A stretch of 64,000 nt of DNA from contig NMRA01000269.1 in assembly GCA_002633005.1 (NCBI GenBank), positions 283,169-347,168 on the forward strand, in the 5' to 3' direction. Of the stretch, positions 11,962 through 23,300 are shown piece after piece (the stretch's first letter is position 1; each line of letters opens with the position of its first letter). The position numbers and the translations under genes were made by a program. The notes beneath the pieces were generated by a model. That model was given only the letters and a program-made list of their open reading frames with translations. It searched no databases and was not told where the DNA came from. Source of the DNA: Phoronis australis (taxonomy: Eukaryota; Animalia; Phoronida).

Positions 11962-13748
11962 AGGTCATTGACAATGATTGACATTCAGATTGTCCGATCC
12001 GAGCGACGCCGGTTTACAGTACACTCAGAATACACTCTTTCACAGTGCTACGAAGTGTAGCACTGTCGAATGTTTGTTGAATATGGCCTCTCATAGGTTA
12101 AAGTAATGAAACCCACGTCACAAAGTCAGAAAGTTGGGAAACCCTTTCACTTTACAGTATGGACTATTGTGACCACATTTGACTTGAGTAGTTGCATTTT
12201 ATTAAAATCAAGGGAACCCTGATCCAGTGCTTTAAGTTCAAGCAAGTACAGTGCATAAAGGTGTGTGCAAGTGGTGGGGCATTGATACCCACACACGGAA
12301 TTCTGTGTCGTTCATCATGTTTCCACAGGACCACTCTTCAGTATAGATGGTGCTGTGTCAGTGGGTAAAGGTGATCAAGACTCGAGCAGATTTGTCGACC
12401 TGCATCTCGCCAGTGCAACCTTAGATTTTGTTTGCCAACCGGGTAAAAATCCCCGTTTTTAACAGCAGCTTGCAAAAATTCCTAGGCTGCCAAACAGGAA
12501 CTGAGGTTGCCATATCAAGGAGACCCATATGGGAGTTGGTTGCAGATCTTCTGATTCTTCCCTGAGGTGGTAGCTGAACGTAAAATCGGTCTTCATTGTT
12601 CAGACAAGTTAACTTGTATATTATTTTCATTAGAGCCCTGCATTTGCTTATCAGTTTTCAGATAGACAGTTCCCCCATGCTGACTCCTGTCAGCCTGGAT
12701 GGCTTGTGGGTTCCCTTTTCATTATCCTCTGTGTGTTTCCATTTGACCTCAAGTAATAGAGGTCAACTATCAATTTGTTTGCGAATAAAGGAACATATGG
12801 GGAAAATTTTTCGAGTCGTCGAAAGGATTTTAAGATATCTGGGGCCTCCAAAGTTGCCCCTGTATGCTTGTAAGGTGCTCATAGCAACATGAGTTCAATG
12901 ATTTAGTCTGGGTGAAACTTAATTTTCAGAAAATGTTCCGTCGAATATGTTATTATAAGGATGTACAGCCCTCTGCTTTTCACCATTAAATGGACTGTTT
13001 AGTGTAGTCCGTTACTAGGTGTCAAACAATAACAACTTGAGATGAACACAAATCTTAAAGGTAGAGAATAAGAGGGCCAGTGCTCAAAACAGCAGTTACT
13101 GTTCTTCAAACAAAATGTAAGAAAAGCAATATTCCCAGGATTTACATAAAAATTTTGCGTTTCATTTTTTTTTTGCTCGTTCGTCACTTTGTCCAATCTA
13201 ATAACCATCAATATTTGAAGGAAAAATGTCAGGCGGTGTTTACAGTCTCCGCACGTTTGCTGATCCATGACGCGTACTTGTGATCATCAGCAAACTTCTT
13301 GAATGCGGTCGTATTCACTAAGCTTTTGTTACTTATGGGTCCATTTTACGTACAAGTATAGCCAGAAGGTTTTTTAAAAAATTTTCTGAACCAAATGATT
13401 TATTATGAGATATCAACAATATGGGTTTATACAATGTCCAATGATTGAGGGGTTTCCTGGACAGATTTATTTTCCTTTCCTGACAAAATTTGTCTCTAGC
13501 TGCACCCTTTAAGACAAAGATGTAAATCCCCAGATGTGTATTGATTTCTCCTATGAGGAGCTTAGTGTCCTCATTACATGGATTTAAAGTGGCAATAATT
13601 CCTGGTTCTGCACGAACACTCTGTGGCAAGTCAACCTGTAGAGCCATGTCTCGAACAATAATTAATTGTCGGCTCTTTCTAGGCTCTGAAATCATCTCTA
13701 ACTATGACGCAAATTTAGACCAATTTTATAACGGCAAATGGGATAAAC

Positions 13749-14224
13749 CAGGGCTTGGAATTTTCCGCGGAAACGCGGATTTCCGCTTTTTTGAAATGTG
13801 CGCGTAAAAAAATCGGATTTGATATGAAATTTCCGCGGCAAATTCCTTTCTTACCGCGGCGTTGCAGACGACGTTCACCTCGGAACGCGGAAGTCTTTAT
13901 GTTTCGGAGGAACGTAAATTGTCAACATTGCCGGGCATCTGGGTAAAGCGTGGTGTGATTTTCAATGGCGGCTCGTGTTATTGTTAAGCGCGGCGACAAA
14001 TACTACCGCTCTGCAGCCAAATTTGTGTGGGTTGGGAGTGCACGGGCGAGCGAAAAGGACACAGACGCATGCTACTAATGGTGGTAACGTTTTTTTTTTT
14101 TTTTTTAGTCCTCCTGATTTTGTCGCGGAAAGGTTCACATTGATCATTTCAAAGGCTGGTTATCGGGCATGATTTGGGCCATAAAAGTTTCTGCGATTTT
14201 TGTCATTGGTCATTCCAAGCCCTG
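13749..14224. mobile_element. MITE family B copy 1 (CAGGGCTTGGAAT...ATTCCAAGCCCTG), 6-bp TSD ATAAAC
   Basis: 13-bp perfect TIR; CCGCG/CGCGG subterminal repeats; ataaac on both flanks. Confidence 0.92.
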
Positions 14225-14671
14225 ATAAACCAAAGGTTTTTCGTGACAGAAAGCGTATATATAGGCACTCAGGAAGCCACTTCAAATTTACATTTGAACA
14301 CAGGACTCAGTAGCACATAACGAAAACAAAAATGGTACAAATTTATTGAAGACTCTTAACATGGACTGCCTCTGTTGCAAACGTTGCAAAATTTTTTTAC
14401 CAAGTAATTTTGTTAAAAAATACCTTAATAGATACTAACTATTATTATACATTATGTATATTGACAATTAGTAGCAAGAAATAGTTGGTAACCACAGCAG
14501 AATAGTCCTAAATGGAAAATTTTATGACTTGTAAAGTTATTGATTTTATGTCCTTTCTATTTTCTACTTCGTATGCTTAATGAAATGTTAACAAACATTG
14601 CTCACAGACATGAGTAGTAGTTTGTACGAGTGTTAATCTGGTCAGCAAGGACAAAAACGCTGTGTATGACA

Positions 14672-15138
14672 CAGGGCTTGGAATTTTCCGCGGAAACGCG
14701 GATTTCCGCTTTTTTGAAATGTGCTTTCCGCTTTTTTTATAATATTTCCGCGTAAAAAAATCGGATTTGATATGAAGTTTCCGCGGCAAATTCGTTTCTT
14801 ACCGCGGCGTTGCAGACGACGTTCACCTCGGAAAGCGGAAGTCTTTATGTCAACATTGCCGGGGCATCTGGGTAAAGCGTGGTGTGATTTTCAATCGCGG
14901 CGACAAATACTACCGCTCTGCAGCCAAATTTGTGTGGCTTGGGAGTGGACGGGCGAGCGAAAAAGACGCAGACGCATGCTACTGATGGTGGTAACGTTTT
15001 TTTTTTTTTTTTTCTTTTTAGTCCTCCCGATTTTTGTCGCGGAAAGGTTCACATTGACCATTTCAAAGGCTGGTTATCGGGCATGATTTGGGCCGTAAAA
15101 GTTTCCGCGTTTTTTGTAATTGGTCATTCCAAGCCCTG
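14672..15138. mobile_element. MITE family B copy 2, 6-bp TSD ATGACA/ATGATA
   Basis: Same TIRs and highly similar body to 13749-14224, with reciprocal indels and different flanks. Confidence 0.92.
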
Positions 15139-15398
15139 ATGATAGTAGCTTTTAAGTGTGTACTGATGGCTATCAAGCACATTGGGATTTTAACGTAGTT
15201 TTCAATTTTTGATTCAGTTGATTTTTTTTTGCAATTCTTGAGATATTAGTTGCTGTCGCTGTAAAATGTATTGATCTTTTCTTGTTAGAAGTCTCCATGG
15301 AATCTTACTGATCAAGATACTGACCGTAATGATGTAAAAGTCCTTGATTGTTTCATCCCTAGGCTCTCGTTAATTGTTTGATTTGACTTCTTCCTAGG

Positions 15399-15412
15399 GT
15401 TACCATGGAAAC
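15399..15412. promoter_or_regulatory. RFX X-box-like palindrome GTTACCATGGAAAC
   Basis: Matches the X-box consensus GTTNCCATGGNAAC; weaker match GTCTCCATGGAATC at 15291-15304. Confidence 0.45.
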
Positions 15413-15437
15413 ATTTCTCATCGTGGTTGTCCTGTAA
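15405..15437 (+). promoter_or_regulatory. 10-codon uORF (METFLIVVVL*) in frame with, and ending 9 nt before, the furry ATG
   Basis: accATGG context at 15405; TAA at 15435-15437; lies after the acceptor at 15397. Confidence 0.5.
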
Positions 15438-15446
15438 AAAGCCAAC

Positions 15447-15522
15447 ATGGCTGAGGATTCAGCGCCGATGGCGGTCATGCCATTGGCTGAAGCAGAGACA
15501 GCAACACCCTGTTTGGAGCAAG
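15447..15522 (+). CDS. fry: furry probable first coding exon (MAEDSAPMAVMPLAEAETATPCLEQ), phase-1 donor
   Basis: Acceptor cttcttcctAG at 15396-15397; gccaacATGG Kozak context; donor CAAG|GTAGGT; leftover G joins AG at 42130 to give in-frame GAG. No homology support for this peptide itself. Confidence 0.65.
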
Positions 15523-17235
15523 GTAGGTCAAAGTAATGGATTAGGCTTCATTAAATACTCACTGCAGTGCAGAAGTTGATACTGCATAAAAGTCAAGTCT
15601 TGCATTAACTCGCACAGTTTTCTGTGTTCCCTATTATTCCTGTCCCTTTGCATTATTCGGATTTCGATTCATAGGGTTGAAATATTTCGGTCCACTTGAG
15701 TCCGACCTGCGTGAGTTTTGCTGCATTTCAGTTTCAGGAAGTTGTGAACGAACACTGCGGCTCTAAGATACATTTCTGTTCTACACTAAGCTATCAGTTC
15801 AGTGACATGGGAACCGATCGTTTGTTCTGCTGAACAAGTCACACCAGACACGTTTACACTATTTGTTTTTCGCAGTAGCTTAAAACACAGGTTGTAGATC
15901 GCATCTGTGTCAAAATGAATTGAGGATTTTACGTCACGAGACAGTGAAGCGAATGTCTTGGTTGTTGAGTTTATTTCACCTAGTGGTTATAAATCCTCAT
16001 GATATATAAGCGGATTTGGGGGTACAAACCCCCCATAAATGCCATCTCAGGTGCTGCACAGACATATTCCCTTCAAAATAGTGATTGGGCACCCCATTGC
16101 GACATCCTAGATCCGTCAGCATAATGTGCTGCTGAGTTGAATTAAGCGAGACAATTGATTTTGGTAGCCAATGAAAACTGTTAATTGCCCCACCTATAAC
16201 AACAAGTCTCTCTCGCTTGCTCACTGTAATCGTGTGTACTGCATTTTGCTCACTGTAACCATGTGTACTGCATTTATGCAGATTGCTGCTACACTGTTTA
16301 TGGGTCATTCATCTTTTTGCCTCCTCATCTGCTGGGAAAACCTCACTTGAGGCAGACAGCTCTACTGACCTCATAGCTCTCTGTCTACACTGGGCCTCAG
16401 TCCACCAGATTAAGTGTTTGTTGTTGTGACATTGACTGTGTCTAACTGGACACGAGCATTAGTGGTAGTGGTGAGACTTGAGATGTGAAACTGGGTTGGG
16501 TTAGTGTGTAATTAGCTGGGAATTAATGTAGTATCCCTTGTCGTATTTTAGGGGTCTTCTTTTATGAAATATCGTAGAACCTCCCCCAACTGAGTGGAAG
16601 TTGTGAAAAACACCATCTCGTTCTGAAGTCTTACAGAATGTCTGCTGGTGTTCGAAGGGAATTCTGTAAAAACTCATGCAGCGATTCGTTCCGTATGTCC
16701 AGAAAAAAAGATCACATGCTTGTGTGACGCCAACGGAGGTTGTCGCTTGCTTACTTTGAAAGTTGACAATTATTTCTGGGAAAGGTCTTCTGTTAACTGG
16801 TATACAGCGCAAACGGACGTGGCGCAAGATTATCAGTGTCTTGTGGCTTTTTACACTCGCGCAACTCAGAAATGGTGGCAAGGTGGAAGACGTAGGCAGG
16901 ATTGTGGGATGTGCAAGATCATATTATTAAATGGCGTGAGTTGTAGTTTATGTTGAGAAAAAGAAAATAATGCTAATTTTTGCATCAACGTGTAAATCAA
17001 GATCGGTTGAACTAAACAGGTAAAAGGCATAGGAAGTCGGTCATAGATATGTATGCTATTGTGCGAGCGCAGTCAACACGATGGCATCTGCCTTGCCCCA
17101 GTTTCATGGTTAGATGTACAATTGACGCGGACCGAGATTATCAGACCTACATCAAAACCTGGTGGCAAAATTGACACCGCCCGGTGACAACTTGTTCAGC
17201 TGACAACTTGTTCTGCGTCAACTTCTGTTTACGCA

Positions 17236-17290
17236 CATAGTTACACCTTCTGTTCGGTGTCAATAGTTACACCTTCTGTTCGGTGTCAAC
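17236..17290. repeat. 27-bp direct tandem duplication inside a TTGACAC/GTGTCAA-rich repeat remnant
   Basis: atagttacaccttctgttcggtgtca occurs twice. Confidence 0.8.
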
Positions 17291-20200
17291 TGCCCCGTGT
17301 CAACTTTTGTAGGGTCAAAAGCATTTATTTTTTAGTACACTTACTACCTACCAGTTTGTCTCTCCAGCCATATGCTTGCCTGTCATCACCTTAATTACTT
17401 CCAGGAAACATCATCCCCTGGCGTTTACTGGTTTTTTACCACATTCCATTCCACTGGCCTATTTGTTATTGTGCCATTTGCCTGAGTTTACAGCCCACTT
17501 TGTGCCTGGTTGTCATTACCTACGTTAAAAAGATATTGGTGTCAGGGCCGAGTTATAAACTGGAACAAGTTATCTCAACTGTGTTTCCACATTTGTCAAA
17601 TTAGTTTCCACTCTGCTGCCTTGAAAATGCAAACAGCTTTTCTTTAAAAAAATGAGGGATGGGAGGTGTAGATATCGTAATTTAATACATGAACAACTCC
17701 AGATTTTTGCATGGTAAGATTCTGCGAAATCAGCTTCTTTGATTGAGTAATAAGAAACAGACGCTGTGTATGGATATTAGTACCAATGTAGCATGACTTG
17801 TCTTATAATTTTTATAAACCAGACTTAACGTATTCCATCAATAAAGTTGGGTTTGAAATATGTAATGGTGCCTATACCTTGTGTCTTTTTGTGTATTTAT
17901 TTTTTTACTAAACAACAGAAACTGCAATCCATGTTTGAAGTCTTTCCAGGATGTCACTGACAGCTGCAGCCAAAACCATTTCAAAGTTTGGCTTCCTGTT
18001 TTGCCCCAAAGCCATCTGTGTGTTTACCTGGCATCCACTGAACTTTGAAATGTTTATTTTTGTAAAAAAAACGTGCTTAGCATCTCAACAGGACATGGCA
18101 CTAACTCTGTGTTAATTGACTCGACAGTGCCTCTTGTTTCTTAATAAAAGGAAGAAAGTAACAAAAATAAGCAAATTTTGTACCCCCAGCTGGAAGTACA
18201 CAATTTGGCATGTAACACAGTGTGGATGAATATGAGCCCTTGTTTGATAAGACTTGTGCTTTGACACAAAGGAGTTGTGCATGCACTTTGATCATGTATT
18301 TAGGTCACTTGATAGTCTGTGTTAGTATATTAATTATTTTGAGGTCAAACTCTGAATGGAACCATTGTTCGGTGTGACTAGACGTAACCGTAACCGCAGT
18401 CTAATTTGGATTGTCTTTTCTTTGTTTAAAAAAACAGCAAGGCATGAGTGTGTCCTTACACCTAGTCTGAGGTTGGGTTGGTTCCTATTCATTGTGTCCA
18501 CTGAGGGAGGTCGAGGGTCGGAGTTCATCCGTCATTTCCTTGACCAATAAGTGCTCTTCACTGACTCTATTGTTCTTCTTTGTTTTCATTGACTGGAGCA
18601 GAATGTCTTTTGTATATGTACTATAATGAAGTTTCCTCCATTGTGAAATTGGTCTCAAATTTTTCATTAATTAAAGTAATTGTGGTGTCTTGGCGTTTCC
18701 TCATTGCTTTAGACCAAGCTGTGCAACTTGACATGTCATGGCGTCTTATTTCATTTGCCAAGTATGACCTCGAGAAAAAGTGAACTGTCAGACCAAAATT
18801 CTCATTTGAATAAAGTGTAAGTTGAGACCAGTGTTGTAGTGGTAATTGGTGTGGATCAAAAGTTTTAACATTAAAATGTCTTACAAGGAATGAAGGTGTA
18901 TTGCCACTTTAACACGATTGAGGTTGTGTTGAGGAATTGGAAAGGACACGTCTTATAGCAGCTGATGGTCACATCTATTTAATTTGCTGACTCGTTTTTT
19001 GGATATTCTGCTACCTTCGGCCCTGAGGAAACCAGTGAAGCTCAGACTTTCCCCAACACCATTTGAAAGCTACAGTTTTAGTTACATGTACTGCCCAATA
19101 GGTGTCGCCAGTGTCTGAGTATAGTGCCCAGACAGCACCTGAAACTGAATCCATTGACAATAGATGTCTCTGTAGGTGGAGGTGTGAACAGTGAGTTGTT
19201 TACAGTTACATAATGTCAATTAAGATGGAATTAATGGAAATCAATGACCCTTCACTTCTCGTTAATTAAACATTCGGCATGTAGTCTTGTCTACATTGTT
19301 TGATCTATCCAATGTAGTTTACAACTGAAGCTCTGTGCTATGGTGGCGATGGAGTTAATTATTGCTGGCTTTGGTTCATTTGATTGGGTGCAACTGCTTG
19401 TTGTCGGTACTGTATTCAGATATGATGCGGTTTATAAATTGGACAGGTTGGTGTTGAATATTATGGTAATGGATTCGGATACTTTAGGTCAATGCTGATT
19501 TAATTGACAATCCTTTTGTCGCTAATTGTTGTGACAAATGGATGTTGAGTACAGAATGTAGCCTACATGCACTTTGTTCTATTTTTATTTTTCCGTAGCA
19601 CATTTCTATGGAAATTTGTCGCTTATTTAACACACATTATGGCCAACAAATGTAGTTCTGTTTTGGCGAATTTCTCTGCAAAATTAAGATTAAGAGTACT
19701 TTAGGCAATTACAAGCATATTTTGCAGTATTGTAAAACAACATTTGCTAAAGTGCCCACTGTGTGCAAAAAGGTAACCAGTCTTTGAAAAATGGAAAACG
19801 ATAATTTTGGCATTTGTTTTGGTGCAAAATAAGTGGAAAATTGCCATATTCAGGGACCAAGTTTAACTTCACTGGGAAATAATTTCAATGGCAATTTCTC
19901 TGTTGCTACCGGTTCTTTGTAACAAAATGATGATTTCGCAAAAGCATGTATGTCAGAACTGTTATTTTCTATTTTCAAAAGCTGGCTGCATTATAAAAAT
20001 GCTCAGAATGTTATTTTCCCAACATTTATAGAAAACATTGGACAAAACGAAATTGAATTGGTTCAACGTATTTTGTGCCAACCTGAATAGAGTTTTGTCA
20101 TTTAAGCCTACGTACAGAACTGAGCACTAAAAAGGTTTCACTGCATTAATAATCGTCACTAGTGGACAACTGTTGTAAAACAATACTGGGCAAATTTTTC

Positions 20201-20307
20201 GTCATTTGTTACAATTAATTTGTGAAAAAAACATTAAATGAGCATTTTGGCATTCATTTTTGTGTGCAGCAGCTAAAGAATTACTATTACTGTACTGTCA
20301 GGCGACT

Positions 20308-20391
20308 TGTGTGTATGTTTGCGTGTGTTTGTGTGTGTGTTTGTGTGTATGTTTGTGTGTATGTGTGTTGCGTGTGTGTTTGTGTGTGTGT
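20308..20391. repeat. Degenerate (TG)n microsatellite
   Basis: gtgtgtatgtttgcgtgtgtttgtgtgtgtgt... Confidence 0.9.
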
Positions 20392-23300
20392 ACATTCGTG
20401 GGTGCATGTTTTGTGTATTTGAATCTCCAGGTTACAAGGCTTGCAATACTTATGTCCAGCTTAGCATACCTTGTAGTACTATGTTTGTTGCAATGTTTAT
20501 TTGCATATACCAGGTATTTTCTTAATTAGTCCTTAGATTAGATTATTGGTCAGTGGTGGTGCTTCATAAATGGCCTGCTATCCATTTATTATACGTTACA
20601 GGTGAAAAAAATACAAGCTGCCTTTGTTAAAATTCATGGTACCATGTAAAAAAGTCTCCGAATTTACAAATTCTCTTCTATTTTGGACAAGTAAACTATG
20701 GTTAAGAGTTGTCGTTTTTGCCTGCTGTTCATAAACGCTTTGATAATTTGAGACATTGTTGATTTGCGTTCATTATCAATGTCCAAATAATTTCATGTGT
20801 TTCAAAATCTCAGGCTTCATTGCAGGGTACAACAGTGGGACTTGCCGTACCTTAAACTACTTAGGGCTTCTGAGTTATTTATAAATGTGAAAGTAGACTG
20901 CACCTGTTGACAGACTTTAAGATTGAGTAACATTGGAGCCAGTTATATAACTGATGGGTCCCTCTATCAGGCCAGGCTGTGTATCAGGCAGGCCCCTTCT
21001 ATTGAGGCCGTAAGCTGATTGGTTGATCAGCGGTCATGGGGTGAGGGTTGCTGTATTGGATGTGGGCTGATGTTGGTTCGGTTTCTATTGTGTTGAATTT
21101 TGGGTGCATGGGCTTGAAGCTGTTGTACAACTTTATTCCAATATGCTTGTAATTGTGTAAATGGGATGTGTTTTAGAGAAACGGTCTCATTCTTGAATTT
21201 GTGGCGTCATGTTGGAGTGTGCAACATGTGGTTTGTCAATACACAAATGTTCAACATTTTTTTTCATTAAATAGTTTTCAACATCTACCAAGATGGGTAG
21301 AAATTTATTGTAAGGAGGCTGAGAACAAGTTGCAGATAACAGATTTTATGGTTCACAAAGAATTCACGGCATGCGTGGTAGAATGACAGCTTGAGGATAT
21401 CGCACAGATTATATTATCTCTGATTAGCAGTTATGTTATTGATGATTTGCAGAAGTTATTGATTTTTCTTTAAGAAATATTGTCTGTGATTAAAGGCATC
21501 ATTTTACTTTAGAGTTTAATCGCTCTGTATATAAACTTCCTATTTGAATTCATGCACAAGTAGATAACTTGTCTGAATACACCTGTATCTGTTGTCAGGT
21601 GTTTTATGGTATTTTGGTTGTGAAATGGGTCATGTTTGTTAAATAGGTCAGCCACTCCTCCACCTGATGATTGGTCAGTGGTATCACACCACTGGCCTGG
21701 GTATTCTTAGTCTAGGCCAAACCAATGTTAGACTCGTTGTATAGACAATTCCTCGTGTTGGAGAATGCAGAGATAGATATTCTGACTCCGGATTCAAGTT
21801 CCTTTTTTGTCGAAATCAGAGTTTAATCATATTTTTGCCTCATTCATTCAGAGTGACGTATCTGGTTAAATAATATCTTGTGTGTTTTGAATGAAAAATT
21901 TGCGATATTTCATTGAAGCTGCTCTTTGCCTTTGTTTAGATATCAATGTTGAGTCCCTAACTGTAGCACTTCAGGGTTTAACAAACATTATCATTCTTAT
22001 CACATCTTGAATTATTGCTGGATAAGCGGACAATTCAAGTCACAGGCAATGCGTACATGTGCCATTTTCGAATTCGCAATTTTAGAGTTGGCGTTTTCTC
22101 GAGTCGCCTATGGCGTTAATGCTCTTTAGGCCAGTAATGCAACTCAAACCCTGTCACGGTAAAAAATATATTGGGAGACCAATTTATGAGCTTACATGGC
22201 TTAATTTATTTTTCATTTTTTGCCTCCTTCATACTGAGGTAATGCAGCTTTGGTGGTCAGTTTGGTAAAGTTGTTGCGAGGCATTTTCAGTTTTGATGCA
22301 TTAGATTTTGCCCTTAGTCAACATTTTAAATAACACGCGTTTTGCGTCGTATACTAATCTATCTGTGATCATATGTTAGTGTCAGGGGTCTTAGTCTTAC
22401 GAAGTTACGCTCAACATAGCTATACCTGAAAAATCATTTAGACAAATCAACTAAGTGTCGCAAAATACACCCTTATTTTTAACTGGTAGTTACTGAGAAC
22501 ATTTGTACTAATTCGTCCCAGGCAGTGACTTGTTAATTATTACATGATTAAACTTTCATCTGGTAATTTTGAAGTGGGGCTAAGACCAAGTTTCTCTCTC
22601 AAGTCTAAAAGTCACTTTCGTGAACCAGGCCCCTTGGGATATAGTCTGACAAACACTGCAGATAACCTGCTCTGGATGAGCAATCCATCGAGGTCACAAG
22701 CAGATTTGTAACTTGAGAAAGTTGGTTATTTGATTATGCCCCTTACATTTCAATGTTTTCAGTCCTGAACAATGAACAAGGTTTCTACTGAACACAAATT
22801 TACCCCGAATTAAAAATGCTGTGTCAATGTTTATATACCCAAGGCCTATAACACATAGGGCGTATTTGTCAATAGATTAATTTTTGACAGTAGTTTTTCG
22901 TGGAAGGCAATTCTTCGGTTATTTCTCAGAATGAGCAAATGCTAAAATTATCATTTTTAATATTTTCCAAAAACTAACCAAGTTACTACAACTTGCTGAC
23001 ATTTTTCAATTACTTTATGATGGCTGCACTGCACAAACAAAAATGAAATTAAAGTTTCTTCGTGGTTTTTGTAATTTTTGTTGAGAAACTTGACAAAATA
23101 CAATTCTGCGTTGACTGGCATAGAAAACACAAAGAATTGCTGCACTAAAGCTAATTAGTCGTGAGATTGCACGGTTGAGTACTGCTGTTGAAGTTTGTGG
23201 AATCCAAAATGGTCAGATTTACTGGGAGAAAAACGAAAGCCAACTGCACTGAACTTGAGGTCAAGCTCTTATTTATGTAGGTCATGTTTAACAGCCATTT

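Noticed and set aside
13755-15139. Pairs of similar ORFs (FPRQI..LPRRCRRRSPR; FVAERFTL.ISKAGYRA)
   Set aside because: Chance frames within two MITE copies; frameshifted between copies, no transposase motifs
20222-20529. Cys/Val-rich ORFs in all three + frames
   Set aside because: Translation of a (TG)n microsatellite
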